A DNA stretch of 64,000 nt. It comes from Tubulanus polymorphus (lineage: Eukaryota; Animalia; Nemertea). Below, in pieces: positions 1-12,079 of this stretch; position 1 is the stretch's first letter; the number at the start of each line of letters is the position of its first letter. The stretch covers positions 2,666,001-2,730,000 of the forward strand of contig NC_134031.1 of assembly GCF_964204645.1 (NCBI RefSeq). The letters run 5' to 3'. A program made the position numbers and the translations under genes. Under the pieces are notes generated by a model. It searched no databases and was not told the origin of the DNA. It saw only the letters and a list, made by a program, of their open reading frames with translations.

Positions 1-866
1 GGTGGTAAAACCGTGAAGAGAATCACAAGGTCGTTAGTTCACTTGGTCGTTAACTGTGACTTTAAAGGGGCGGATCTAGGAAAAGAAATTATTGGTCCAG
101 AAAAAAAGAAAGGGGATTTTTCAGGGATTTCTGATTAATTTGATTACATACGAAAATATGCAATTTCCGAAAATTGAGTGTCAAATTTGCGGGTTTTAAC
201 GAACTTTGACGAAAAGGGCAATGTAGGAATTTATCGGTCCGTAGTGCCTTAATCTGCCCGCAATGCTTTAGTATATATGGTTCAGTCACTGTCTTGCTCG
301 GTGGAGGCGACGGACCGGCATCGGTGAACTAAAATGATGGACTCTATTTTAGAGTCCACGCGTTGTACACGAGTTAACGATATTCCGTGTTCTGTTGCCT
401 ACGAATTTTCCGAAAATAAAATAATCAATTTTCTTATCCACATTTTGTCCACACGAAAAAAAGATCATGTTATCCCCGTCGAATTAAGGATTCATCGATA
501 TTCTATGATTTATCATATCTGAATCTGACTTGCCGAAGTCGGAGAAATATGTTATATGTATCATGATATCCTCTTGCTTACATTTTTTTCTCTCGTGACC
601 TAGGATATTTCGTTTTTAAGCGCTAAAGGTAGGATCCTCTATTATCTGTATCTGTAAAGATGTGTATCTTGTTTCCACTGGTAATCGTGCACTTTCGACA
701 TACATCTTTTTTTTAAAGTTGGTGGCGTGTATTATGCGGTTGAATATATTATTTCAGTTTTCGTTTTTTTTTACGAGCGTACATGACGCAAGGAAACAGT
801 GAAACATATTTTATATTTCATAGGAAAAACAAGCATCGTCCGCAACACCGCACTTCAGCTGGCTAT

Positions 867-1441
867 CGTCAGCCGGGATGAGTCGTCTGCGACACCGCGG
901 TTCGGCTGGGCCTCGTCAGCCGGGATGAGTCGTCTGCGATACCGCGGTTCGGCTGGGCCTCGTCAGTCGGGATGAGTCGTCTGCGACACCGCGGTTCGGC
1001 TGGGCCTCGTCACCCGGGTTGGGTAGTCTGAGCCACCGCAGTTTCGGTTGGGTATCGTCAGCCGGGATGAGTCGTCTGCGATACCGCGGTTCGGCTGGGC
1101 CTCGTCAGTCGGGATGAGTCATCTGCGACACCGCGGTTCGGCTGGGCCTCGTCAGCCGGGATGAGTCGTCTGCGATACCGCGGTTCGGCTGGGCCTCGTC
1201 AGTCGGGATGAGTCGTCTGCGACACCGCGGTTCGGCTGGGCCTCGTCACCCGGGTTGGGTAGTCTGAGCCACCGCAGGTTCGGTTGGGTATCGTCAGCCG
1301 GGATGAGTCGTCTGCGACACCGCGGTTCGGCTGGGCCTCGTCACCCGGGTTGGGTAGTCTGAGCCACCGCAGGTTCGGTTGGGTATCGTCAGCCGGGATG
1401 AGTCGTCTGCGACTCTGCGGCTCGGCTGGGCCTCGTCAGCC
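867..1441. repeat. GC-rich minisatellite, ~12 units of 47/48 bp, two variant types (order AAABAAAABABA)
   Basis: A unit CGTCAGCCGGGATGAGTCGTCTGCGACACCGCGGTTCGGCTGGGCCT (47 bp) starts at 867, 914, 961, 1056, 1103, 1150, 1197, 1292, 1387; B unit CGTCACCCGGGTTGGGTAGTCTGAGCCACCGCAG(T/G)TTCGGTTGGGTAT (48 bp) at 1008, 1244, 1339. Confidence 0.95.
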
Positions 1442-2986
1442 AGGATGCTAATAGCGATTTCCGATCACGTAAAACCTTTACTGAAAAACGTATATGCGCT
1501 CATAATTCTCAGTGGATATCGACGAATTGGATGTCGAATTGCTGGTGGACCTGAATACACAGTATATATATACGCATACATCATCTATACATGATATTTA
1601 TTTGTATTTCGGTAACTCCACCAGGAATCTGGAACGTTGAACGCACGGCGCGGCTGAACCGCCAGAGAGCTATAAAACCAATGTTCGCTGAACGTCCAAC
1701 ACCGACGCAATTTACATCAATTTAGTGTTTTTAGTGTTTTTAACTCACTGTATTCTATGTATTTCTGATCATGTTAAGCTATATTGTATTAAGTTACTCG
1801 AGTCCCCTGACTCGAGTTGGACAATCGTAAAATGAACTGAGTTTTTGTCTCGAGTGTAACGGGGGTCAGGGTCTTTAGTTTCTTCCAACGCGGCCCAAAC
1901 GCTCGGAAATTGAATAAAATAATTACAGGAATCTGAATTATGTGGGGAAAATATATCTTAATCGTTTATTGGAAGACAAGACGATCGCCAGGTTTGACTT
2001 AGGCCAAACGATATGAGGCAATGAAAAGCCCTCGTCTCGATCACGAATTCCGAAATTCAAATTTAGATGATAACAAGGTGTCCGTTAGTTGCTGTCATAT
2101 TCCGATATGCCGCCGCTGGTGCTGTAAATGATCAAAGCCCGAATCTACCGTACACGACAGCTTAAACGCATGTCATAATGGTCCATCTTTCCACTTAATC
2201 AACGAATAAATATATTTAATGCACGAAAATTGCCTTAGTTATTATACGTACGCGCGTAAGACGTTTCGGAATGTCACCTTTATCAGCATTTTATAGGTCT
2301 TTCGAATCGAGCAGAATATTGTTTCTGCCTTAAAGATACATAGCAGAATTACGGGGGAACAGTTCGTTATCAAAAATTATCTAATCCAATCAACATGTCG
2401 TTGATTATGCGAAAGCAACTCCAAAATATATGAGCAAAAGTTGAGATTATGAAGGAATATATTCTACATCTTATCTTATCCGTTGTCAAAGAAAATCTAA
2501 CGCTATGATTTACCAATATCATCATTTCAACCTTATTATAACCTTATTTGGTGCCACGTTCATTTAATCAATCACTAACCCTCGCTAACATAAAATGTAT
2601 GAATCAAAAAAAATGAATTACATTGAAAATAAAAACCAACACTTTAAATTAGCACCAATGTGTATATCTTTTCTCGAACAGCGCGTTTTGGGAGACGTGG
2701 CGTGAAGCCGCTCTCTAACGCAGTGTAGGATCCGTATCTGAAACTTGTAAAATTCACGATAAGTCTTCCGAGGATACGCCTCATATTTCATTCATTAGGA
2801 AAACTTGTTGCCAGTACGAGTTTGATTGAACTGATAACAGACTAAAACTATAGCGCGCGTATCGTCTATACATCGAAGCCAAAGGCCAAGACGGTCTCGA
2901 AGGGGGATTGATGATATTTGCATCGCATAACAAATGCAATGAGGGCCAAGAGAGAGGAAAGAACATCGCGGTCGATCGTTCAAGCA

Positions 2987-3198
2987 TGACGTCACGGCAG
3001 AATGACGTCAGCTATGCGCGGCAATCACATGGGATGAATAAAGCACCGCGCAGTGTGCCGGTATGCGCCTGTCTGGTACCAAGCACGAAACATGAATCAA
3101 CAAGATTATAAACGATAAATCTTGATTAGAACTTCTCTAGATATCGAAGTTTGAGAAAAAGAACAAACGAAGTGTCTAGACATGTGCATATGACGTCA
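2987..3198. promoter_or_regulatory. Cluster of three perfect CRE/ATF palindromes (TGACGTCA)
   Basis: TGACGTCA at 2987-2994, 3003-3010 and 3191-3198; octamer ATTTGCAT at ~2916; target gene not identified. Confidence 0.45.
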
Positions 3199-6100
3199 TA
3201 ATGGCCGTCAAGCGTTTGCTCGTCGAAATTTGGCTACCGGTGCATGTTAACACATACTGATTAGATTCTTATTATGAAATTCAACCAATCAAAACTATGA
3301 ACAATTAAATCTTTTTTAATAAGAAAAGTAATAAAAAGTACCAATCACTTTGTACCAAGCACCTGCACTTTGCACCCAGTTTCCAGTGCCTAATTTTTGT
3401 AAGTACAACCTGCTGGCTTGCACCGGATCTCCCGTAACCGTATTATATAAGTAATCAAAAGTATTACTTGTTCATCTGACTGTATGCATTATGGTTTACG
3501 AAAAAATATAGGAGTGAGAAAGCTTTAATGGAAACACCGCTGTCACCTAAACCGATATCAAGCACCAAACGAGGCGGACACGAATAGATCTCTAAATATA
3601 CCAGGCCTCCATCCGTACGAGGTGATGATGATACCTATACGACATCGTTATAACTAGCTAAGTATTTCAGCCAGGAAAACGGTGGAACTAAACTCAGCAG
3701 TCAATTAACGAATGCGCCGTTGATATTTCTAATAAGTGACATCCGTCTGACGGAGGAAATAAATGTTGATTTGATACATTCGGTTTGTTCGTCGTCTGGC
3801 AAATTATTTATCGGAAAAAATAACTGTGCATCATTCCCTTTCGATGAGCCCTATTCGACAGCGAAATCGATGTCGTCTATAACGAGCATGTGGAGAAAAT
3901 GAGAGGAGCGAAATTGGGATAGAGGAGTGTGATAGAATATCAGATTCCAGTGTATACCACAGCGTTGTATGCGTTGTCACGACCCACGCACAACTCGAGA
4001 GCGGTCCGGACCTCGTTACCTAAGTTTTGATAATCATGCAGCTTCTATCGTATATACATATATTATTTACGTAGATACATCGAAGAAACAGAGCACGGCC
4101 GCCATTCACTTAGACTGGTTCCGGGTGTTACTAATTCATGGGTGACGTGAGATTGTTTTTACGACAACCGGTCGAGGCAAACGTCGTAATCAGGGGTACT
4201 TGAATAAACTATGCATAGAAATAGCCTCTAACGTAGGCCTACATATTTTTTGTGTTCATCATTACGCAGTAAATCAAGTCCAAGAGCAAGGGCAAGTCTT
4301 TCCCAGGGCCAACCGTTTACTATAGTTCCTTATGCGTGAGAAATATCTTTTTTAAGAGAAATATCTTTTTTCTGGTTGAGATCGGGGATTGTGATGGTGC
4401 CATGCTTATAAAATCATAAATGCCGCGATGCCTCCACTTTATTTATGGATATAAAAAGATTTTGAAGCTTATATAGAAATGATATGGACATTCATGAAAT
4501 GTTATGCAATAGAATTGATATTGAAATCTATTAACTACGATCTTGGCGAAAATTAACGATTTTTTATTTGACTTACCGATTAAAACAACACGGTTCATCT
4601 TACGGGAATCCTACGTACCACGTTTGTAACATCACCACCAGCAACAGCAGTCCGCTCATAACGTCGCAATACATTTGATTTAACCACGAGAAACAGAAGA
4701 ATACAAATATCGTAGCTCATTGGCTACTCGACGGGTCACGTGATCATTACCCCTCCAATAAACGAGTAGATAATTGGTTATAGATGGCGCTATTCGTCTG
4801 TCTTGGCGGATTCCATCCCGTGCGATATCCCGTTTTCAAACTCTTCCCCTGAAAAAAGTGTTCATATATATATAAACCGGTGTCTAAATCGTACTCGATC
4901 ATTGGTCGTTCCTCAGTTGTCCGCGTTAGTTTTCAGCCGCTAATCCCAATTTATTGTCCGCAGTATCTATTTGGACATCGTGTATATACATAGAAAATTA
5001 CTGGGACCGTACACGGTGGATGTATTTTACCGGAGCAATTCGAGCTTCATTAGCTATTCCGAAAGCGCAATTTTCCTGGACATCGTCTCTAATACAAGCC
5101 GCTCGGTTGACGGTGGCTGCTGCTGCTGCTGCTGGTTTTCATCTCTCTATTGACTGATATCACCGCCGAAGTGTTAGCTGAAAGAGCTACGGCGGTATCG
5201 GCGCCCCCGACGCTAGCAGAACTCTCTCTCTACTCTCGTCATCTACGGCGGAAAATCATAAAAGTCAATACTTGTAATTTGCTATGTAAATCTTATTATT
5301 GGCGCAGTGGGTGCAAGTGCGTCCGGAACATAATGAAATTGGGAAGTCAATTGTCTTTTTCGTCGTCAGCTGAGAGTCTTCACGATCAGACATATCATTG
5401 CCTGGTAAATTGACATTTTTTTTCTGCTATTAATTCAAGAAACTTTTCTAATTTTGAATGGTACGCTTGAATGCGATTGACAAATCTCTGCACTCGATGA
5501 TCTGTTTTTCAATCTACTGAATACTTTTCTGTGGAACCGAATTAATTTCTATTGCCCCTACAACATTTACTGGAGTGCCCCTATCGCCGTTAGTTTTTGT
5601 AATCCGAAAAGACGCAATTTCCGGGAGTCGGAAATCGAAGTACAAATTTAGCGCAGGTACTGTCTTCACGAAAAGGACAAACTCAATTCGAAGGCAAGCA
5701 TCCCAACACCTCAAATACCCCACCCCTAGAGCCAGTCCCTATAAAACAAAATCAAGTCGAAAATATTCTAATAATTATTTCCTTTATTATTCATTCATTT
5801 AAGAGCTCATCAAGAGAATACGTGTATACATAATATTTATGCACAATTATCAAATCGCGAATAAAATCGGTTACAAGTTAACAGTATACGATTAACTTTG
5901 TACACGTACATGACGTAGTATATATATATATATTTACAAGAGAAATGTTTAAAACACTGGACATTACATACACGATAACCATAATTCTATTGTACAAACA
6001 TTTTCAACTCGAACCAACACGGTAACAAGCTTTAAATAAACACGAACAACAATGACACAATTTGACACAATTTAAGATTCATTTTCGGAGATGCATAAAC

Positions 6101-6378
6101 AAAAAGGTATGTTCGAGGCTCTTACAGATCAGGGAATCCGATATTCCCTGGCTCTTGACCCAAAATTCCCGGATAAAATTATAAGATATTTTCAGTGGGG
6201 ACTGTTTATTTTCGAGAGCCATTCGTCACCAGCAAGTACAAGAGGCCAAAAATTTAAATTCCCCGATTTTTTAGAAGAGTCAGAATTGCAGGGTTTTCTC
6301 TACCGAGAATCCATTATTCATTGATCGTTCCTAATCGCCCCGATCTGTAAGAACTCCGGTTATTTGCTGGTTTAATTC

Positions 6379-8810
6379 TCAGACGAATTGATACCCGCGC
6401 AGTCGGCGCGCTAGTTGTATATCACGCGGATATATTGTGACGCGTTTCGCGTGTAGAGCGCACAGTAACGAGTCTTCGAATAAATGTACCAGGTACGCTT
6501 CAGCAGCCTGCGAAATAAATCAACATTCATTACTTCCCGACTCGATACATTTTAACGAATAATTGACTCTGAACATTCTTGGAGTAATCAGTTTGATTAA
6601 TCCAAGGTACAACGTGGCAGAGTCTCGCGAGGTTCAAATCTTCGCGCAATGCTATCGGGTTCTAATTCCTGCAAAGGATGAGCATGGCAAAGTCTTGGAA
6701 TGGCTTGCTCTCAGCTTGGAGTAATCATTTGACTCCTCCAAGCTCTCAGGTTCGAATCCCAGACTGAAAGGATGGCGATACAGTCAACTCCCGGTTAACC
6801 ACCACTACCGGCACCTACGTGATTTAGGCGGATAATCGAGGGTGGCCCATGAGTGAATTAAAAAAATTTTCATTTTCTTCAAGACACCCGAAATTAACTG
6901 AAAACATGTTCATTGTTATCATTAATAAGTTTTGTTATATTATTTAAAACATTCATCAATTTCACTCTGACAAGAGTTGAATACTGGTAGTCCTTGTAGT
7001 CCTAGTCCGTTCAAGTGGAGAAGGAGTTAAGAGGACAACATCTGGAGGTGATTAACAAACCACATTATTAGTGTTGACCAACTGTTGCTGACAAGTATAT
7101 TCAATTAGTACTTCAATACTACACGTGGTTAACATATTCGTTCGTGGATAATCCAATGAAAATGAACTAATTCTAATTATTATTATAGCAAAATTGTGTG
7201 GTCGATTGCAGATATGGAATTAGGCAGAAAATTGGAAGCTGACAGCATTAGTTAATTCGGAAGTAAGCTTTTACTCGGCGACGGTCAGTAGAGTCGGATA
7301 AACGGAGGACGGATAACTGTGAGTCAACCGTATATGGTCGAGACGTTGAACTAATAAGTTATCAGCTCAAAGAAAACATTTCTGACTTTATTTTTCTTCG
7401 TTATTGCGGGATTCAGAGAATATAATCAGACTCAATTCACAGCTTAGAAATTTTCGATACAATATTTATAACGAATATCTTCGGCCAACATTATATACCT
7501 GACCGAGGATTGATATGTTAGTAGTAATTGTAACTAACCTCTTGTAGCGCAAGAAGGGCAACCGATTGCCACAATAACGGCTGGTGAGAATACAAGTTGT
7601 CCGCTATTTCTTTCACCTGCAATTGAATTTACAAAGATCGAGTCGTTTAGAATAGAATGAGATGATTCCAAGGATATCGAAATTGCACAGCGAGCAGGGC
7701 GGCCACTTTTATTTGACATGCATTTTCATGCCCATTGTTTTTACCGACTTGATCTGCAAAGAATCCATTCAATTAATGCAGTCAAATATGTAAGACACAG
7801 ATGGAAACTGTTTGATTTTATGCGTGATCTCAACAAATAATCCGGATTTTTTGTTTAGCCTTTTTTACAAACTCACTAATCCCTGACTTTTTTAAGAAAA
7901 GAAAATCCCTGATTTCCAGTTAAGGGGCCACCCTGACGAGGTTTCCAAACATGATCTGATGAATGTCACTTCTCGAGTAAGACGGTAGGACATGCACATT
8001 CGCAAATATCACATAATATTTACATCGATTAAGAAAATCAATTCTGATTTAAAATGACCAGTTCAAGCTTCGGTTAAATCTTACCAGACGGGAAAACGGT
8101 AATTTACGCAGTAACAAGTCGGTGGATTTCTGAAAATGACGGATTTCCAGAAGAGCTCGTGTACCGGGCCTGTAACGTCGTTTTCTTGGTACCGGGCCTG
8201 AAATAAACAATCGTCATCAAAAAAACTACAGACTGTGCAGGCGTTTACAATTCGAAATTCTATTTTAGAACAAATCCCTCTCTCTGGCGTGGGTGACATC
8301 AGTAGTTGTAGTGTTACAGTCAACTTCGCTTAACTCATATCTTGGTGATTTTTATAAGGATTTCCTCCTAGTCCTGAGAGTGGCCGGTTCGCAGCTCCAA
8401 ATAAAGTGGAATCAACTGTAGTCTAAGGATTGGGGTTTAGAAACATCTTAACGGCAGTCACTACAAACTGTTAACCCCCTACCTCCTGCTTACAATCTCC
8501 AACTCAACTGACCACTGTCACTGACTGGTGACTTACCCACTGATTTTCTGCTCGGTAATTTGCCTTTTTTCTTTGCTGGGCTTTTTGATGATTGCCGCGA
8601 TCGAGATGGCTGATCCGGATCAGAGTGGGCTCCGGATGAATGACGAGAACGACGAGGGGGGCTGATACTTCCACTTAACCTATCTCGTCCCCGACCAGCA
8701 CCGGATTCTCCATCATCTTTCGATGTTGACGCACCCTTGTCCAGGCGTTTTTCGGCCACTTTTTTCTTCATAGACTGCGACAGCGGAGTCTTTGACTTAT
8801 GCCGCACCAT
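6379..8810 (-). CDS. CENPA: Centromeric histone H3 variant CENP-A (CenH3), 4 exons, 197 aa
   Basis: Exons 8810-8537, 8197-8085, 7616-7539, 6507-6379 with GT-AG sites and consistent phase (594 nt). Translation: long basic tail MVRHKSK... then [38 protein letters not shown]|[26 protein letters not shown]|[42 protein letters not shown]. CenH3 diagnostics: FSRL (not FQRL), W at H3 F84, no T107, longer loop 1, introns present. Confidence 0.95.
6781..7330. mobile_element. Tc1/mariner (pogo/Tigger-like) non-autonomous element in CENPA intron 3
   Basis: TA|CAGTCAACTCCCGGTTAACC ... GGATAACTGTGAGTCAACCG|TA: imperfect terminal inverted repeats flanked by TA. Confidence 0.55.
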
Positions 8811-11170
8811 GATTTATAGATCTCAAGGGAATAACGGCCCGAAAAAATATTGGAAATGAAGTAGATTTATGTTGGGAAATGTTTAAAATTTGTATATACG
8901 CGTATTCGAAAATCCCGCGATGCGCCACCTAGCGGAAATGCTATTTACCGAAATAGGTGGATTCGCGCTGGGTCGTAACTTAGTCCAGTTTCAGGATGCC
9001 AGCACCAAGCGAGCCCGTCGCAATTTTCCGTGCCCTTTTGAAAACACAATGTCGATATTTTTCAGGGAATTTTTCCAACCGCAATTTATGTAGGGCAATA
9101 TTTAGCTTACATTCTCTAAATGTCCCCCAGTCCCCGCACCTAATTTCAACATGGGCCTTTTTTGGCACTGCGAGTAATAATAATTCGCGGGACGACCAAA
9201 CCTAATTCAAATTCCTAAGTGCTCCAATTAGGAAATATATATCCAAATTGAATTATAATAGAGATTATTGAATTGTATGTAGGGACGGTGGGTGCTGACG
9301 ACTCATGTGGCGAAAAAGTCGATCACTGATAAATGGTGATTCCGATCAATCCACAGTCACTGAATAAATTCCGATAAAAATAACGAAAAATTCTGGCATT
9401 GATAACATATTTTTAATTATCACAGTTTGAATAATTGATTTCGTATTACAGACGACCCAGTACAAATTTTACTCATCACGGCTTCACACCCGGTTAAACA
9501 TAAAATACAGATCATATTCAATGATTATCATCAAATCCCACATAGTACGGATAGGCTAGATGCCAAGTTTTTACAAATTAATGATCTATTGCACAATAGT
9601 GACCGGATGTTTGATCGCAATTTTATATCGTCACAAATCATGCATGATTCAACACTTACCAGCAAATCATTTTAGACAGCGAACAGCTTCCGTGTCTTCC
9701 GCGAACAAAAAATAAAATTGTGTTTAAACCATCGATTTGTTATTCGCGCTTAATTTTGCTTCATCGTAATCAAGTGCAGAATTTTGAAGGCTGTGACCAA
9801 AACTTAACAAAACAATCCGATTGAGTGGTCATAATTATTCTAATCTAGAGATTTCAATCACTTTTGTGGAGAAAAATAATTTCTTTCTCCCTCTCTCCTG
9901 CTTCCCTGAAGTGAAACGGTTATGGTAACTACTATATACTATTTAAATATGAAATAAAAATCCGATTGCTATTGCGCTGTGTCTGAACGTGTACGCTAGT
10001 ATTCACTCTTAGCTCAGTCAATGTCCACTGTATTCAAATTTAAAGCTCAACGTGCAATGTTTTATAAGTATTAACGTGAATGCTAACATTTTCATTTGAA
10101 GCAACCATTTTGAACTGTTTTGAAGTAATTTTTGAATAATTTCTTTTTAGATATTCTATATTGAAATCCAGGTACCGTATACGTACCTGAATTCGGAAAC
10201 AATGCATATTCAAAACTTATAATCCCATCCAGATAAAAATGACCCTCATTGTACACCATTAGTGCCGGGTCCAGGGTGTCCACTTTATTTTAGGCCTTTT
10301 TCCAAGCCTTGCCACGATTTTGTTGCTCATATCACGCTTAATTTTTCAATTCTATTCTTCATGATAAATATTCATATCATTGAGGGACCTCAAAATTTCA
10401 AGGAGGGGTATAAACCCCCATGGACACCCCTTGGATCCAGCAAACACCGGTACGCCCCTAATGGAGGCAGTCATATCTGTAGGTCCATATACAGTAGAGT
10501 AATTCATCTAAAGCTATTTATACTGTACAAAGCTACGTACAAGTAGTTGAATATACATTGCTGCACTGGCCACATATATTTGATTATCACAATGTACAAT
10601 AAGCACCATTAGCATTCACGAAGGGCTGGTTTTATAGACTACTTTTTGCGAAATTTGCCAAGAGATGTGAAAGGAATGGCGGAAATTGACAAAACCGTAA
10701 AACCAAGATTTCATCAAATCCAGGACGACATGAATGAAATTTTATATCACTACGGTTAAAGACTTTGACATATTTGATAAAAATGCAAGAAAACCTTAAT
10801 TCAGTAATAATAAAAATTGAATTTAAGTCAATATATTAAAAATCCAGCCCTATATTTCAATAGTTTACAAATCCTATTGGGAACACTGAATCAATGCTTA
10901 CATTGAGCGAGTGACAACATTCAGTTAGTTATTTACAATTCTATTTGGCATTTCTAAAAAATTGAATGGAATACGGAGTACCGTTAATCAACTCTCTCAT
11001 GATGATCTTTTCAACAAATAAACCTATACACAGTCGGTGTAAAATTCATAAATCGAAGAAAAAAATGTCATATTTTTTACAGATAAAATATATATACATA
11101 CGATTTTCTACATGTTTCTATCATACATATTCATTAAATAAAACATGAACATCGAACAAATCAATGATAA

Positions 11171-11344
11171 CATGGGCATAGCCAGACCCAGGCCTTCACT
11201 TTTTTGCCCGAGTTAACACTCATGAGCCCAAATGGGGTCTAAACAGGCAAAACTTGCGATATGATGCAACATGTTGAACATACAATATGTAGACATACTT
11301 CATATTTTCGTGCCTGACACTTATAAAATCCTGGCTACGCCACT
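11171..11344. mobile_element. MITE with GGC(A/G)TAGCCAG terminal inverted repeats
   Basis: CATGGGCATAGCCAG ... CTGGCTACGCCACT; lies downstream of the DENND1 stop codon. Confidence 0.45.
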
Positions 11345-12079
11345 CGATAAGAACTCGTTAAAATATAGAATTGATAACTGGATGGAGATGGTCATCCGAC
11401 CTGGTTTGAAAAATTCAAACAATGAAAATCCTAAGATTCAATTCAACTTTTTGCAGTAAACATTGGCAAACTCGGACATCGGGCTGAATTTTTCCAAATC
11501 GAGCAAGTTTTTACTGTATATCAATAATTACCTGTCCAGAGAACATTCAGTTGCAGATGGTCTGAATTCTCTACTGGAGCGTTCATTGAGCATATGCCGT
11601 ACACAAGCTGCATATCAAAAGTATATGATTGGCATATATAGCTAGGTAGCTAATTTCAATTGACTTATTGTCAACATTTCTAATGATGTTGCTGAATGAA
11701 AATGAATAAGAAAATTATATGCGATGGTCTTGTCATTCATTTTATGGCATTTCAGATTGTGTGTATGTTTAAAGAGTTCATTAAGACACCAAGAAGCATC
11801 TTTAGGTTTTACCCAGATAATCATAAGATTATGCATTCATGAGAAAGGAGGTATTAGTCTCCAAATACTATGTAATGTATACACAGGACCATGTAAATTT
11901 TGTTCAGTTTTTTTGTATATGCTACGTATCGAACGGTGCAACCATTCCCTGTGCCGATATCTATGATGTCAAAAACAGATATCCGATAATTCAAAGACTC
12001 CGCCTTTAATTCAGACCCACTTTCGTCCGAAGACTTACACAAAGTTTGCCGTATACATCAATAACGACAACGACGTGAA

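Noticed and set aside
867-1441. Possible CRISPR array or tandem hammerhead array
   Set aside because: No unique spacers or cas genes; the GATGA-GTCG-loop-CGAC hairpin lacks both the CUGA start and the GAAA core; the 47-bp unit breaks frame
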